From: an uncultured Gammaproteobacteria bacterium
GTDB taxonomy: Bacteria > Patescibacteriota > Microgenomatia > UBA10105 > UBA927
NCBI GenBank assembly: GCA_964527425.1
Contig: CAZGOA010000001.1
Span: 98,435 to 162,434, forward strand
Direction of reading: 5' to 3'
Length of the DNA: 64,000 nucleotides
The notes below the pieces were generated by a model, which saw only the letters and a program-made list of their open reading frames with translations, was not told where the DNA came from and did no database searches. Each line of letters opens with the position of its first letter. The stretch's first letter is position 1. Position numbers and translations under genes: made by a program. Below are positions 21,345 through 31,671 of this stretch, piece by piece.

Positions 21345-22440
21345 GAGTTGCTCTGCGGAAATACACAACTCCTGATATAAAGGCTGCAATAATTGCAGTC
21401 ATCCAGGCTATAAATACATTTCGATTATAACTACCCGTTGCTGCTAATACATCAGTTGAAGCACCGAGCACCTGACCTTGACTTGTTGAAACGCCAAGTA
21501 CCTGTCCTCCACTGGTTGAACTCTCTGAAGAAGCATCTCCAGGAGTACAGTCATTAACTGCTCTGACAATAAAAAAGTAGTTAGCGTTAGGATCAAGTCC
21601 TCCAACAGTATAGATAGTTACGTTTCCTGTAGAAGGTACGCCGTATTGATAATTTCCTGAACTCGTTCCGTAGGAAATAGCATAACTTGTAGCATTGCTT
21701 GCTTGTGTCCAGGTTAGTTGAACAGTAGAACCACTTGTTCTTTGCACTGAGGTAATGCTTGGAGTACCCGGTTTTGATGCGGTACATGGTGTTGGTTGAC
21801 TATTGTTTACAGTACTTGAGCTGCCACCACCATTGTTGTTATTATTTCCCGGTGTTGGAGTTGGAGTAATAATTCCAGTTGGTGTTGGTGTTACCGTCAC
21901 TTCCGGACAAGATTCTCCTTGGGTTATACGTACTCCGTCAACATCATAGCCGTCTGCAGTATCATCAACGAAATTATCTGGACTGCTGATATCTGTAATG
22001 CGTACGTATCGAACACAAACGGATGATTCACCCTGAGATAATTCTCCAGTTTGGGTAACTGAACCTAAATTGGTCCATGTTGCATTATCTGAAGATACCT
22101 CAACTTGAGCTTCTTCTGAAGGATAGCCAGGGTTGGTTGATTCTACGACAACAACTCCACCCATAACTGGATTATTAAATTGAAGTTTAATCGTCCCACC
22201 AAATCCTAAAGAAAAAAATGTTCCATCGACAATCGTTTCTTCTGCAACGCCAACTGCCTGACTTGCATCACTGCGTATTCCTGGAACTGGACTCCCATTT
22301 TTCATGAGTCCTTGAGAAGAACTTACAACACTATCAGCCCATGGACCTGATCCATCAGGGGCTGCTGCTAAAGCAGTTGTTGCCGACAAAGAACAAATAA
22401 CAAAAAGAACAAAGGTTAAAAATCCCGTATATAATTTCAT
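21334..22440 (-). CDS. Sortase-anchored surface protein: signal peptide, beta-sandwich domain, P/T/N/G linker, fibronectin type III domain, LAATG sorting signal
   Basis: AxA signal peptide; FN3 hallmarks (VQLTW, YAISYG, YTVGGLDPNANYFFIVRAVN); C-terminal LAATG + TM + RR tail; overlaps the sortase gene start. Confidence 0.85.
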   Translation of the reverse strand: MKLYTGFLTFVLFVICSLSATTALAAAPDGSGPWADSVVSSSQGLMKNGSPVPGIRSDASQAVGVAEETIVDGTFFSLGFGGTIKLQFNNPVMGGVVVVESTNPGYPSEEAQVEVSSDNATWTNLGSVTQTGELSQGESSVCVRYVRITDISSPDNFVDDTADGYDVDGVRITQGESCPEVTVTPTPTGIITPTPTPGNNNNNGGGSSSTVNNSQPTPCTASKPGTPSITSVQRTSGSTVQLTWTQASNATSYAISYGTSSGNYQYGVPSTGNVTIYTVGGLDPNANYFFIVRAVNDCTPGDASSESSTSGGQVLGVSTSQGQVLGASTDVLAATGSYNRNVFIAWMTAIIAAFISGVVYFRRATHGS

Positions 22441-23303
22441 AATTTTTATAGATTTATAATATATCTATGGGATATTATACAATATCTCATAATTATTAAC
22501 AAGCGCTCTAGTATAACCCCTTATTGAGAAGACTGAAGGCATGTATTCCTCTAGATTTAGTTCCCTCCAATAACAACCTGTATATTTCCACTATCGCAAC
22601 AGCCACAACCTGTTAAGGCATTATTGCCACCCAACACAGTAACGTTAGTTTTTGCTTTCGCATTTCCTGTAACAAAACTATTTGTACCTCCTACTGTATT
22701 TTTTATTTTATTTTTTCCAGTTTTAGCTTTATTTACTATACTATTTCCCACATTTGTTACAGACGCTTGTGAAACAGTACATGTAGAACTTTTGTTAATT
22801 ATTACTGTACTAGAGCCACTATTCCCTCCACCTTCGGGAGGTGAGCATGGTGTTCCATCTACCGTTTTTACACCATCTACATCATATCCATCAGCAGTAT
22901 CTTCAGCGAATTGTTCTGGATTACTCGTATCTGTAATTCTCACATATTTAGCACAAGGAACTTGAGATGGCATAGATACTTGACCATCAGTTGTTACACT
23001 CCCTGCTGTAACCCAAGTTGATCCATCTGCAGATACCTCAACTTGTGCAGTTTCGTTGGGATATCCAGGATTGGTTGCCTCAACTGCTATGACTCCGCCG
23101 GAAACCGTATTATCAAAAGATAAAGTAATTGATCCTCCAAATCCTAAAGAATAGAATGTTCCCTCAATAGTTGTATCTTCTGCAACACCCAATGCTTGAC
23201 TTGCATCGCTACGTATTCCAGGAACTGAAACACCATTTTTCATGAGACCTTGAGAAGAACTAACAACACTATCAGCCCATGGGCCTAATCCATCTGGCGC
23301 TGC
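21907..23303. repeat. Diverged direct duplication of about 460 bp (21907-22365 and 22845-23303)
   Basis: Ungapped hand alignment of the encoded 153-aa domains gives roughly two-thirds identity; shared DNA tracts such as ccatttttcatgag.ccttgagaagaact.acaacactatcagcccatgg. Confidence 0.9.
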
Positions 23304-23384
23304 TGCGTAAGCACTGGAAGAACAAAAGAATACGAACGCTCCCACAACAGAGAGCAATGTTAACTTGGGCAGTAGTTTATTCAT
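22557..23384 (-). CDS. Secreted paralog of 21334-22440 with a G/N/T-rich C-terminal tail and no anchor
   Basis: Signal peptide; the same 153-aa domain (AAPDG.GPWADSVV...DGYDVDGV); tail with TGKN, TGNA, GGNN and CGCC. Confidence 0.85.
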   Translation of the reverse strand: MNKLLPKLTLLSVVGAFVFFCSSSAYAAAPDGLGPWADSVVSSSQGLMKNGVSVPGIRSDASQALGVAEDTTIEGTFYSLGFGGSITLSFDNTVSGGVIAVEATNPGYPNETAQVEVSADGSTWVTAGSVTTDGQVSMPSQVPCAKYVRITDTSNPEQFAEDTADGYDVDGVKTVDGTPCSPPEGGGNSGSSTVIINKSSTCTVSQASVTNVGNSIVNKAKTGKNKIKNTVGGTNSFVTGNAKAKTNVTVLGGNNALTGCGCCDSGNIQVVIGGN

Positions 23385-23454
23385 ACCTTATATATATAGG
23401 AAGATACCTTCAAGAAACAAGCACTAAAATATCCCGTATTAAAGGGATATATAA

Positions 23455-24573
23455 TCAAGTAGTTTTTATATACTTTACTGCGATTGAAGACAATATTGTG
23501 GATATAGGAACACCTAATACTAATCCAAAACTACCAGATAACGTTCTGACTACTTCTTCAGCTATAAACTCACTATTGAAAATTACCCATGCTGGTTGAT
23601 TTTGCGGATTAAGCACAAAGAAAATAAATAAGGGAAAAGAAACACCTGCATAAGCTAAGACTAACGTATTTACCAAAGAAGCAATGTGTTCTCGTCCAAG
23701 TGAAAAGCCTCTCACAATTAAATCTTTTACTGAAAGTTGTCGGTTTTCTTTATATAAAGCAAATAGTGCTGCAACTTGACTTGTGGTTACATCATCCAAT
23801 ATACCCAAAATACCTAAAATCATTCCTCCTAATAATAGTCCGCGTAAATTTAAATCAGGCAATTGTCCTACTTGTAACAAATACGCTTCTTCTGATCCTG
23901 TCCCTGAGAGCATTAATACCGATACAGCAATATATGAAATACATCCTGCAATAAGAAGAGTGAAAGCCGTTGCCACTAATGAAACAGCTGTCTGCCATTT
24001 AAATCCATGTGCTAAAAACATAGTGACTACTAACATGACTATAGCTCCAAGAATAGATACCGTTACAGGGTTTGCTCCATTTAAAATCTGAGGAACTACA
24101 AATTGCAAAATAACAATCGCACTAACAAGTAACCCAATTAATGATCCTAATCCTTGCTTTCCAGCTATAATAATAACCAAAATAATAAATAAGATTGTAA
24201 ATACTCTAAGACCAGGTAATCTATATCTATCGATAATTCGAAGTTGCTCTTTATTTTCTTGACTTATATCTCTTTGCAAAACAACACTGTCATTTACTGT
24301 TAATAATTGATCGGAACGTAATGTTTGATCTGTACCATAATCTACAATAAATTCATTATCTTTCCGCTCACCTTGCATAACTCGTACTTTTAATCTCTGA
24401 TATGGTTGTTTTTGTTCTAAAACTGTTAACTCTCCACTATCTATTATTTGTACGACAGAAACAGGCAAAAATTCTTCAGAAGAATTACTACTCTGAGGCA
24501 TTATTCTCAATAATCCCCAGAGACTAATTATTAACACTACAATCAGAAACAACTGTTTCCTTAAAGATTTCAT
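23455..24573 (-). CDS. YibE/F family membrane protein
   Basis: DRYR, LGILDDVTTSQ, GREHIASLVNTLVLAYAG, EEVVRTLSGS. Confidence 0.92.
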   Translation of the reverse strand: MKSLRKQLFLIVVLIISLWGLLRIMPQSSNSSEEFLPVSVVQIIDSGELTVLEQKQPYQRLKVRVMQGERKDNEFIVDYGTDQTLRSDQLLTVNDSVVLQRDISQENKEQLRIIDRYRLPGLRVFTILFIILVIIIAGKQGLGSLIGLLVSAIVILQFVVPQILNGANPVTVSILGAIVMLVVTMFLAHGFKWQTAVSLVATAFTLLIAGCISYIAVSVLMLSGTGSEEAYLLQVGQLPDLNLRGLLLGGMILGILGILDDVTTSQVAALFALYKENRQLSVKDLIVRGFSLGREHIASLVNTLVLAYAGVSFPLFIFFVLNPQNQPAWVIFNSEFIAEEVVRTLSGSFGLVLGVPISTILSSIAVKYIKTT

Positions 24574-24647
24574 TGATGCATTATACCACTAGGTTCAATT
24601 TGATGAGCTCCAGACAACAAATTGTATTTTCATAGTCATATATAGAA

Positions 24648-25910
24648 TTAATGTTGTACTGTAAATGACTTTAACTTTGAAAGTAATCCTTGTATAGAAT
24701 ATAGTATTTTTTCAATAATATTCTTGGTTGGTCTTATAACTGTAATATTTCTAATCTCTATTTCTTTAGAGAGTCCTAATTCAAAAGTATGTGCTTGAAA
24801 TTCATCATTTTTAGATACTTCAATTTTTGTCAATGTCCCAGGCAATGGAAGAGAATATCTTCCTTCTTTATCTGTGTATCGAACTATTGATCCTTCTAGT
24901 GCAGAAATTTTTGCATTGCTAATTCTATTACCAAATTGATCTGACACCACACCTTTAAGCTCTGGACTATTGAAAAATGAATGAATTACATCTACAGCTC
25001 TTTTAGGCTGTAATGTTTTCTCATCAAATAAGGTTGTACTGCCACCGAATGCAGTCCAATAATTAACACCTTGAACAATATCTCCTAATGCGACAACTTT
25101 TGCCAGATTTTCTTGAATGTATGAAGATTGCTGGGTTTCTGTGAATGTTCCATGAATATCTGGAATTGGAGCCCCAAATTCTCCTAATACTATGGGTGCA
25201 TCGTATTTTTCGTGTAGTGATTTGATATCAGCAATTAATTGATCTGATGTTTTTACAAAGTGATCTATAACAACCACATTACCTGTTTTCTTAACCATCT
25301 CTTTCGTAAATATCTCGCGAGCGATATCCCCATTAACAGAGTAGTATCCACATATTATTTTTATATTTATTATTTCTGCTGCTTTTAAACACGTATCGTA
25401 TGACTCAATAAGAAATTCTCTGAATGCTTGTGCTTTAACAGAACTTCCTCTTGGATCGCCTGGTCCACCATTTTCTGCTTCTGGCACTGGTGTAAAAATA
25501 TCCCCATCTTTAAATAACTCTGGATGAGTAGTTATAAATTCAAACGTTTTACGATGATGATCTTTGGGATCTTTAAATGTTTCATATCCAAACCAACCTT
25601 CCCATTCTGACCAATTTCCTCGATACCAAATATTCATCCCATATTTTCTTGCCTCATTTACCCAAGTTGATAAGACTGAATAAAATTCTTCGTTGTACGG
25701 TGTTGCCACGACAATATGCGTTGGATCCATACTTGCTACTAAGTTTACCCACGTTGGAATTCGCTCGTTTACATCCGGTTCTCTAGAAATATCCCGAGAA
25801 TATTTCATTGTATCTATAGACTGAATTGGCCAAAATGCTACAGCAGATATGCTAGTGGTAGGTATACATAATAATATCCATCCAATAATGAGAATAACTC
25901 CATTTCTCAT
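24648..25910 (-). CDS. Secreted putative clan GH-A (TIM-barrel) glycoside hydrolase with a CarboxypepD_reg-like domain
   Basis: Signal peptide; candidate acid/base (PEAENG) and nucleophile (VLGEFG, GVNYW); C-terminal G.V.D..G..I.NA.I...TD..G.Y pattern. Confidence 0.65.
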   Translation of the reverse strand: MRNGVILIIGWILLCIPTTSISAVAFWPIQSIDTMKYSRDISREPDVNERIPTWVNLVASMDPTHIVVATPYNEEFYSVLSTWVNEARKYGMNIWYRGNWSEWEGWFGYETFKDPKDHHRKTFEFITTHPELFKDGDIFTPVPEAENGGPGDPRGSSVKAQAFREFLIESYDTCLKAAEIINIKIICGYYSVNGDIAREIFTKEMVKKTGNVVVIDHFVKTSDQLIADIKSLHEKYDAPIVLGEFGAPIPDIHGTFTETQQSSYIQENLAKVVALGDIVQGVNYWTAFGGSTTLFDEKTLQPKRAVDVIHSFFNSPELKGVVSDQFGNRISNAKISALEGSIVRYTDKEGRYSLPLPGTLTKIEVSKNDEFQAHTFELGLSKEIEIRNITVIRPTKNIIEKILYSIQGLLSKLKSFTVQH

Positions 25911-25912
25911 AA

Positions 25913-27499
25913 TTAATCCCTTCTCTTAAACACTAAAATGTCTGGAGAGGTATACACTTTATCAAAATGAGCATATAGTCTGGCTTCAATTTCAGGTTTT
26001 TCTAGCATTGCATTCCATATCGCATCACTTTTCTGCAAAACAATCCATCGAGCATGTTTTTCCGGAGTAACCAGTGATTCTTCCCAATATGGCTTAGTAC
26101 CAATATAAATAATTTTTTTCATGGGTATTCCACTTCGAACGACACTAACAGTGCGTGCATAATCATCAAACAGTACTAATCCACCGTCATAATTATGATA
26201 CATCCATTGTTCAGCATCTGGCTTTTTAGCATGAGATAAACCTTGTATTCCATCGATATAGCTAATTGCTTTGGAGTATCCTACTCCATAAAAAAAGTAT
26301 TGCAGACAAAATAAACTGATTATCATTAGTTTACCTAACCGCTGTACTTTAAAAAACAAATAACCTACAAACACAGCAACTACTGGAATCATCATCACAC
26401 CATATCTTACATTGAATAATCTCCATTCAAAATCTTTTGGTGTAATGTGAGGAATAAATATTACCGATTGACCGACGTATAATGTAATGACATAGAACAA
26501 AAATGGAGCAACCATCAATCCACCTATCATGAGTCTTTCAATACGGTTTTCTCTTTTAAAGGCAAAACGGAAAAAACCAACAATACTTAAGAAAAAAAGG
26601 AGAAATCCACTGTTGCTCATAGAAGTCGTAAAGTAGTATAAAAATGAAAGCCAGATATCTTTATATGCGGGAAGTTGGCCTTTAGCAAGCCAAGCTTGCT
26701 GCTGTGTTCGAGCACTAAATTCACTTTGGGTAAAATAGAATGCATTTCCTAATATAAGTTGTCCCCACAATAACCACAGAAATATTCCAAAAAAAGCAAA
26801 TGTACAAAATATAACTACAGATCCTTCAATTTTTTTCCAGGGTGACTTCTTAAGGAGACCTAATATAACAATAATAGCCGCCTGCATCATTACCAAGAAC
26901 CATCCATCGTATCGACTTAATACTGCCAAAAATCCAAATCCTGCAGATAATATTAGAGACTGCATTGCTTGAATATTTTTTATGTAACGGATAAAAAAGT
27001 AACTTGATAAGATGAAAAAAGCAATCAATGGTAATTCTGTCATTGCAGTTGACTGTAGATACAAAATATTAGGATTTAACATGAAAATCCAAGAAGAAAC
27101 AACAGATGCTGTTCTGTTTTTCGTAATTAACATTACTAATTTGTAAAGTGTAATAGTCGTAATTACGTAACAAAACCCAGAAACAATAGAACCTGCAAGT
27201 CCTGTTCTCCACAAAAAATCAGACCAAATAAAAGGAAGCATCATAATATGTGGAACTGGAAGCCATATTCCACCCAATTGTGCTGCCCCCGGAGTAAGAC
27301 TTGTTACTACACGTTTAGCAATGTTTAAATGAGATTCAGTATCTCCATAAGCAACTAATTCACCCTTACTAAAAAATATTCCAGTAGCAATAATTGCAAA
27401 AGCTATTGATGGAACTATCACTAAATATACCCAAGGCACATTGGTAAACCATTCTATTATTTCTTTTATTTTTTGTGTTGGTATTGTAATACGAATCAT
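25913..27499 (-). CDS. GT-C glycosyltransferase (GT39/PMT_2-like)
   Basis: YGDTESH after TM1, WLPVPH, NPNILYLQSTAMTE, SRYDGW, NVRYG; multi-TM. Confidence 0.8.
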   Translation of the reverse strand: MIRITIPTQKIKEIIEWFTNVPWVYLVIVPSIAFAIIATGIFFSKGELVAYGDTESHLNIAKRVVTSLTPGAAQLGGIWLPVPHIMMLPFIWSDFLWRTGLAGSIVSGFCYVITTITLYKLVMLITKNRTASVVSSWIFMLNPNILYLQSTAMTELPLIAFFILSSYFFIRYIKNIQAMQSLILSAGFGFLAVLSRYDGWFLVMMQAAIIVILGLLKKSPWKKIEGSVVIFCTFAFFGIFLWLLWGQLILGNAFYFTQSEFSARTQQQAWLAKGQLPAYKDIWLSFLYYFTTSMSNSGFLLFFLSIVGFFRFAFKRENRIERLMIGGLMVAPFLFYVITLYVGQSVIFIPHITPKDFEWRLFNVRYGVMMIPVVAVFVGYLFFKVQRLGKLMIISLFCLQYFFYGVGYSKAISYIDGIQGLSHAKKPDAEQWMYHNYDGGLVLFDDYARTVSVVRSGIPMKKIIYIGTKPYWEESLVTPEKHARWIVLQKSDAIWNAMLEKPEIEARLYAHFDKVYTSPDILVFKRRD

Positions 27500-29121
27500 A
27501 TTTTAATCCTTAATTTTTTGCTCACAAACCGTAAACCTTTTCGAAGATAAAAAAATTCTGGAAAATGGTACCCTTCTGGTCTTTGCGTGATACTTTCTAT
27601 TAACAGTAAAATGAATACAGTTGTATTGATTATTGCTAATAATACAGCTCCATATTGAGACAACGTAATACTATTGCTGAACCATTCTTTATACGCGAAA
27701 ACTCCCGTTTTCCCTTCAAATAAATAGAATAAATTAGCAATGTAGTTATACTGTAATCCTAAAGGTATACCTTCAACTTTTGGTGGAATAACATTTGTCG
27801 TCAATACTCCTAACACAGAAATAGCAGTTGAAAAAATAAAAAGTGGAATAAATACGAATCTCCCTACCCAAGGCAGAAAAAATTTGTGAAGAAATATTCC
27901 AACAAATAGTGAAATAAATGCCATCCCCGGAATTAAATATCTTGGTCCATATGCCCATCCCCCCCAAGGATCTCCAAAACTGGCATACAATAAAATATTA
28001 ACTATACATAATGAAATAAGAATATTTTGTTCAAAAGGGTTATATTTCTTTTTGAAAAACCAAGCAATAATTCCAAGTATTAGAACAGGTGAATAAAAGA
28101 ATAAACCACGATCATTAGCGTATGTAAGTGACTCCAATCCCCTCACAACTCGCTCTTCATCGAATACACTAAAAGGATTTGATGTATTTCGACTTGTTTG
28201 TAAAGTACCCGAAATTGTTGCCTCAGCTTCTTTCAATGCTAATTTTGCTTCATATTTTTCTTTCCCTTCGTAGCGAGAAAATGATTGACCAATTTTTTTA
28301 TAATCCCCAAAAGCTATATGATTATAATATCCATGAGCTGCTACCAAAACGATAAAAAATACTGAAGTGAAAATAAAAGCTGGCCTAATTGTGAGAAATT
28401 GTTTTTTATTGTTATCTTCAATATTCAATGAAGAAAGAAAAAAGTAAAACATTATTGGTAATCCTAAAAAAACACTCGGAAAATCTATAAACAAACCGAC
28501 ACCATATGAAAACCAAACCAATGCTGCCCAAAAAAAAGATAAGAATTTTTTTTGTCTAAATCTCCACGCGGCATAAAAAGATAACAACAAAAAGAAAGTT
28601 ATTGGAATATGTTGATATATAGTAACAGCATAACTCCAAGACGTTGTTGCAAATGCCCAAATAATTGGCACGATAGCAGATATCGCTATAGATAAATTCA
28701 ATATTTGTCTACTAATGAAGTATAGAATAACAATACTACCTATTGCATACAAAGAAATTGAGGCATATGAAATTACTTGTGAAAGCTCATAATATTTTCC
28801 AATAGTATAAAATGGATATAGTATAAATGACACTCCAGGTGGAAAAAGAATAAAATATTTACCATTAGTAATACCAACATCTGGTGAGCCGAATTCTGCC
28901 AATTCTTCACTTAAATTTATTTGTTTATTATTAACAATTGATAGTAATAAAGCATATGGAGCACGCTCATGTGATGATTCAAAAGGCATACCAATAGATG
29001 TAAAACGCTTACCTGATGTATGATCAATATCACCCCTGACACCACGAACTGTAGCGCTATAGAGCACTATTGAAATTATTACAATAAAAACTAAACTAAC
29101 AAAGGAAAATAAAGTCCGCAT
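27496..29121 (-). CDS. GT-C-like integral membrane protein
   Basis: FPPGVS..PFY, RGLFFYSP, WGGWAYGPRYLIP motifs; about 12 TM. Confidence 0.72.
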   Translation of the reverse strand: MRTLFSFVSLVFIVIISIVLYSATVRGVRGDIDHTSGKRFTSIGMPFESSHERAPYALLLSIVNNKQINLSEELAEFGSPDVGITNGKYFILFPPGVSFILYPFYTIGKYYELSQVISYASISLYAIGSIVILYFISRQILNLSIAISAIVPIIWAFATTSWSYAVTIYQHIPITFFLLLSFYAAWRFRQKKFLSFFWAALVWFSYGVGLFIDFPSVFLGLPIMFYFFLSSLNIEDNNKKQFLTIRPAFIFTSVFFIVLVAAHGYYNHIAFGDYKKIGQSFSRYEGKEKYEAKLALKEAEATISGTLQTSRNTSNPFSVFDEERVVRGLESLTYANDRGLFFYSPVLILGIIAWFFKKKYNPFEQNILISLCIVNILLYASFGDPWGGWAYGPRYLIPGMAFISLFVGIFLHKFFLPWVGRFVFIPLFIFSTAISVLGVLTTNVIPPKVEGIPLGLQYNYIANLFYLFEGKTGVFAYKEWFSNSITLSQYGAVLLAIINTTVFILLLIESITQRPEGYHFPEFFYLRKGLRFVSKKLRIKI

Positions 29122-29274
29122 AATCGTAATATATAACCTATAATTATATACTATAAATAGTTTCTCGGCAATGCTTACTTACTGCTTAAAAAGTCTAATT
29201 TGCATTTATTACTCTATCTTTAAGCTAATAATTTTCAGTTTAGAAAGTGTACCATGACTAATTTAGTATATTGA

Positions 29275-30570
29275 TTATGCATTTGTATGATTTAGTGAAG
29301 ATTTTGGTGAGCTAAATACTGTTCTTAATACTTCTATGTTGTTTTTTGCTTTATGGAGATATGCAGGGAGTGATTTTTTTAGTACTTCTCTATATAACTT
29401 TCTCCCATTTACTAAATTGTTAAAAGTATAGTCTAACGTATCTAGTGACACTTGATTTATTGGAATAACCCACTCACTTAAATTTAAATCTTTCATAATT
29501 CCAATAGTTTTATTCTCATAGGCTATTGCAATTGTAGGGACATACCCGGTTAGTGCAAGAATAGCTGAATGCATACGAGTAGCAACTAAATAATTTGCAG
29601 ATTCATATAGAGATTTAATTTCATATGTCGATAGTTCTTCTTTAATAACAATAACTTTGTCTGGTGATTTTAGCTTATTAATTAATGTATTAATTACTTT
29701 GCTGTCATCATCATTATGTAAAGTAGATGTACATTGAGGTACTAATACTACCTGGATATTGTTATTTAACAAAAGCTTTTCGATAAATAACTGTATAGAT
29801 TTTAAATAATATGAATAAATTGGTTCTTTTAAACGCTTAACAGTAATCATTACAACAGTTTTTTTTGTATTTATTCCAAATCTATTAAATAACATTAAAG
29901 ATGAAAATTTTATAGTGGATTTAAAAAGAAATGCCGCATCTACAGATCGATAAATAATATTTGGTTTAACTCCGATTTTTTTTAGATACGACATAGATAT
30001 ATCTTCTCTGACTAGAATTGCTTGAGTAAAATTTAAGATATATGATACATACCATTCTTGTAATTTTGATTTAAATGAACCAATAGATTGTGAGTATAAA
30101 CATACAGGTTTTCTGAGTATTTTTGCAAGTAAAAATACATGTAGATGAAGTATGAGAGTTATATAGGTATTTATCGATTTATCACCTACTAAATATCCTC
30201 CACCTGTTCCAATAACTAAATTAGATTTTTTTAACTTTAATAAAAATGTATTTAATTCTGCTGAAAAAAGAAAATAAATATTTATACCAATAAACTTATT
30301 AAGCAAAGCCCAAATGAGTGTGTTTGAGATTAGATAGCATGTTTTTATAAATCTTAAAATACTATTACTATGCTTATAAATCGCTTCATAAAAAATAGAA
30401 GTCAATAATAAGACTTCTTTATCTATTTTAGATTCTTCTAAACCTGCCATTGAAGATATCGATACATTTACATTTGGATATACTTTCCTTAACTGTGCGA
30501 TTAGACTGATGAGGATTGCAGCGTCTCCTTTATTTTTATTAGAATAATAGTTAGTAATTAATACATCCAT
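29275..30570 (-). CDS. Polysaccharide pyruvyl transferase (WcaK/CsaB family)
   Basis: NKGDAAI, GGG, SQSIG, VREDIS, D.AF, RMHSAI, IAYENK. Confidence 0.9.
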   Translation of the reverse strand: MDVLITNYYSNKNKGDAAILISLIAQLRKVYPNVNVSISSMAGLEESKIDKEVLLLTSIFYEAIYKHSNSILRFIKTCYLISNTLIWALLNKFIGINIYFLFSAELNTFLLKLKKSNLVIGTGGGYLVGDKSINTYITLILHLHVFLLAKILRKPVCLYSQSIGSFKSKLQEWYVSYILNFTQAILVREDISMSYLKKIGVKPNIIYRSVDAAFLFKSTIKFSSLMLFNRFGINTKKTVVMITVKRLKEPIYSYYLKSIQLFIEKLLLNNNIQVVLVPQCTSTLHNDDDSKVINTLINKLKSPDKVIVIKEELSTYEIKSLYESANYLVATRMHSAILALTGYVPTIAIAYENKTIGIMKDLNLSEWVIPINQVSLDTLDYTFNNLVNGRKLYREVLKKSLPAYLHKAKNNIEVLRTVFSSPKSSLNHTNA

Positions 30571-30571
30571 A

Positions 30572-31669
30572 TTAATTACCTTTCACAAACTGGAGATAGG
30601 AAGAATATTGTTCTGTTACCGTATCCCAAGAAAATTGACTTGAAATCCCCATACAATTTCTTTTCAATACGTCTCTTAATTTTTTGTTTTTAATTATTTC
30701 TACAATATTATGGCCCAGTTTAAATTCATCAAAGGGCTTTGTCTTTATAGAGACTTTATTACTAAGCCACTTAAGGCCATCAATATCAAAACAAATTATT
30801 GGCGTAGCTGAAACGATAGATTCTATAGCTGTTAGACTTTGTCCTTCAAATCTAGAGGGCATTAGTAAACAGATTGCATTACTCAGCAATTGTTGTTTAT
30901 TCTTTCCTTTTACATAGCCAAGTAATTTTACATTTGATTCTAAATCATATTTTTTTACTAGTTTTTTTATTATTTCGGTATCTTGCTCTGAACCTGTTCC
31001 AGCTATATACAACATCGTTTTACATTTTTTTACTACATTAGAAAAAGCAGGAATCAACAAATCTAATCCTTTTTGTGCTATTTCCAATCTACCCATAAAT
31101 AAAACATAATTTTCTTTAGACTTTGAAATCTTTTTTATGGGTACTAGATCCGTTGCATTGGAAATTACTTTTACATTACATGACTTATTTATTTTCAGTA
31201 TTTTTTCTTTCTGGTTTTCTGTAAGTGCAATTATGTATTTATATTGTCTTATACCTAGCCTCTCAATCCATGTAAATGGTAGTTTATATTGTTTTGATTT
31301 CTGTTCTGCATCTAGAAAATGAGTCACTCCAATTACCGGTTTTTTTGTAAAAATAGGTAAAAAGGAAGTGGTAAAAGGCGGTGTAAAACTCTCAATCCAA
31401 ATATCATGTTTTTCAATTAATACATAAAAAGGAAGTATTACAGAATAAATTAATTGTCCAATTTTAGGTCCAAATATGCTTGTAGAAATGAATTTATACT
31501 TAACACCATTTATTATTCTTGATGATTGAACACCCGGATAAGAACCAGTAATTACTATAACATCGTTATTTTTGCTTAACACAGAAGAAACTTTATTCAT
31601 AACAACAGCACCGCCACCACTATAATATGGGTTTTTTATACTGTCGTATGTAGAAATTAATAGTTTCAT
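30572..31669 (-). CDS. GT4 family glycosyltransferase
   Basis: GGG, FMGRL..QKG, PSRFEGQSLTAIES, FSWD. Confidence 0.9.
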   Translation of the reverse strand: MKLLISTYDSIKNPYYSGGGAVVMNKVSSVLSKNNDVIVITGSYPGVQSSRIINGVKYKFISTSIFGPKIGQLIYSVILPFYVLIEKHDIWIESFTPPFTTSFLPIFTKKPVIGVTHFLDAEQKSKQYKLPFTWIERLGIRQYKYIIALTENQKEKILKINKSCNVKVISNATDLVPIKKISKSKENYVLFMGRLEIAQKGLDLLIPAFSNVVKKCKTMLYIAGTGSEQDTEIIKKLVKKYDLESNVKLLGYVKGKNKQQLLSNAICLLMPSRFEGQSLTAIESIVSATPIICFDIDGLKWLSNKVSIKTKPFDEFKLGHNIVEIIKNKKLRDVLKRNCMGISSQFSWDTVTEQYSSYLQFVKGN

Positions 31670-31671
31670 GT

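Noticed and set aside
21820-21900. Short ggtgtt/gttgga and ttgttg repeats (also near 46930-47010)
   Set aside because: They encode P/T and N/G linkers; not a CRISPR array or an independent repeat element.
29122-29274. Possible mobile-element boundary at the edge of the AT-rich cassette
   Set aside because: No transposase, integrase, terminal inverted repeat or target duplication visible.
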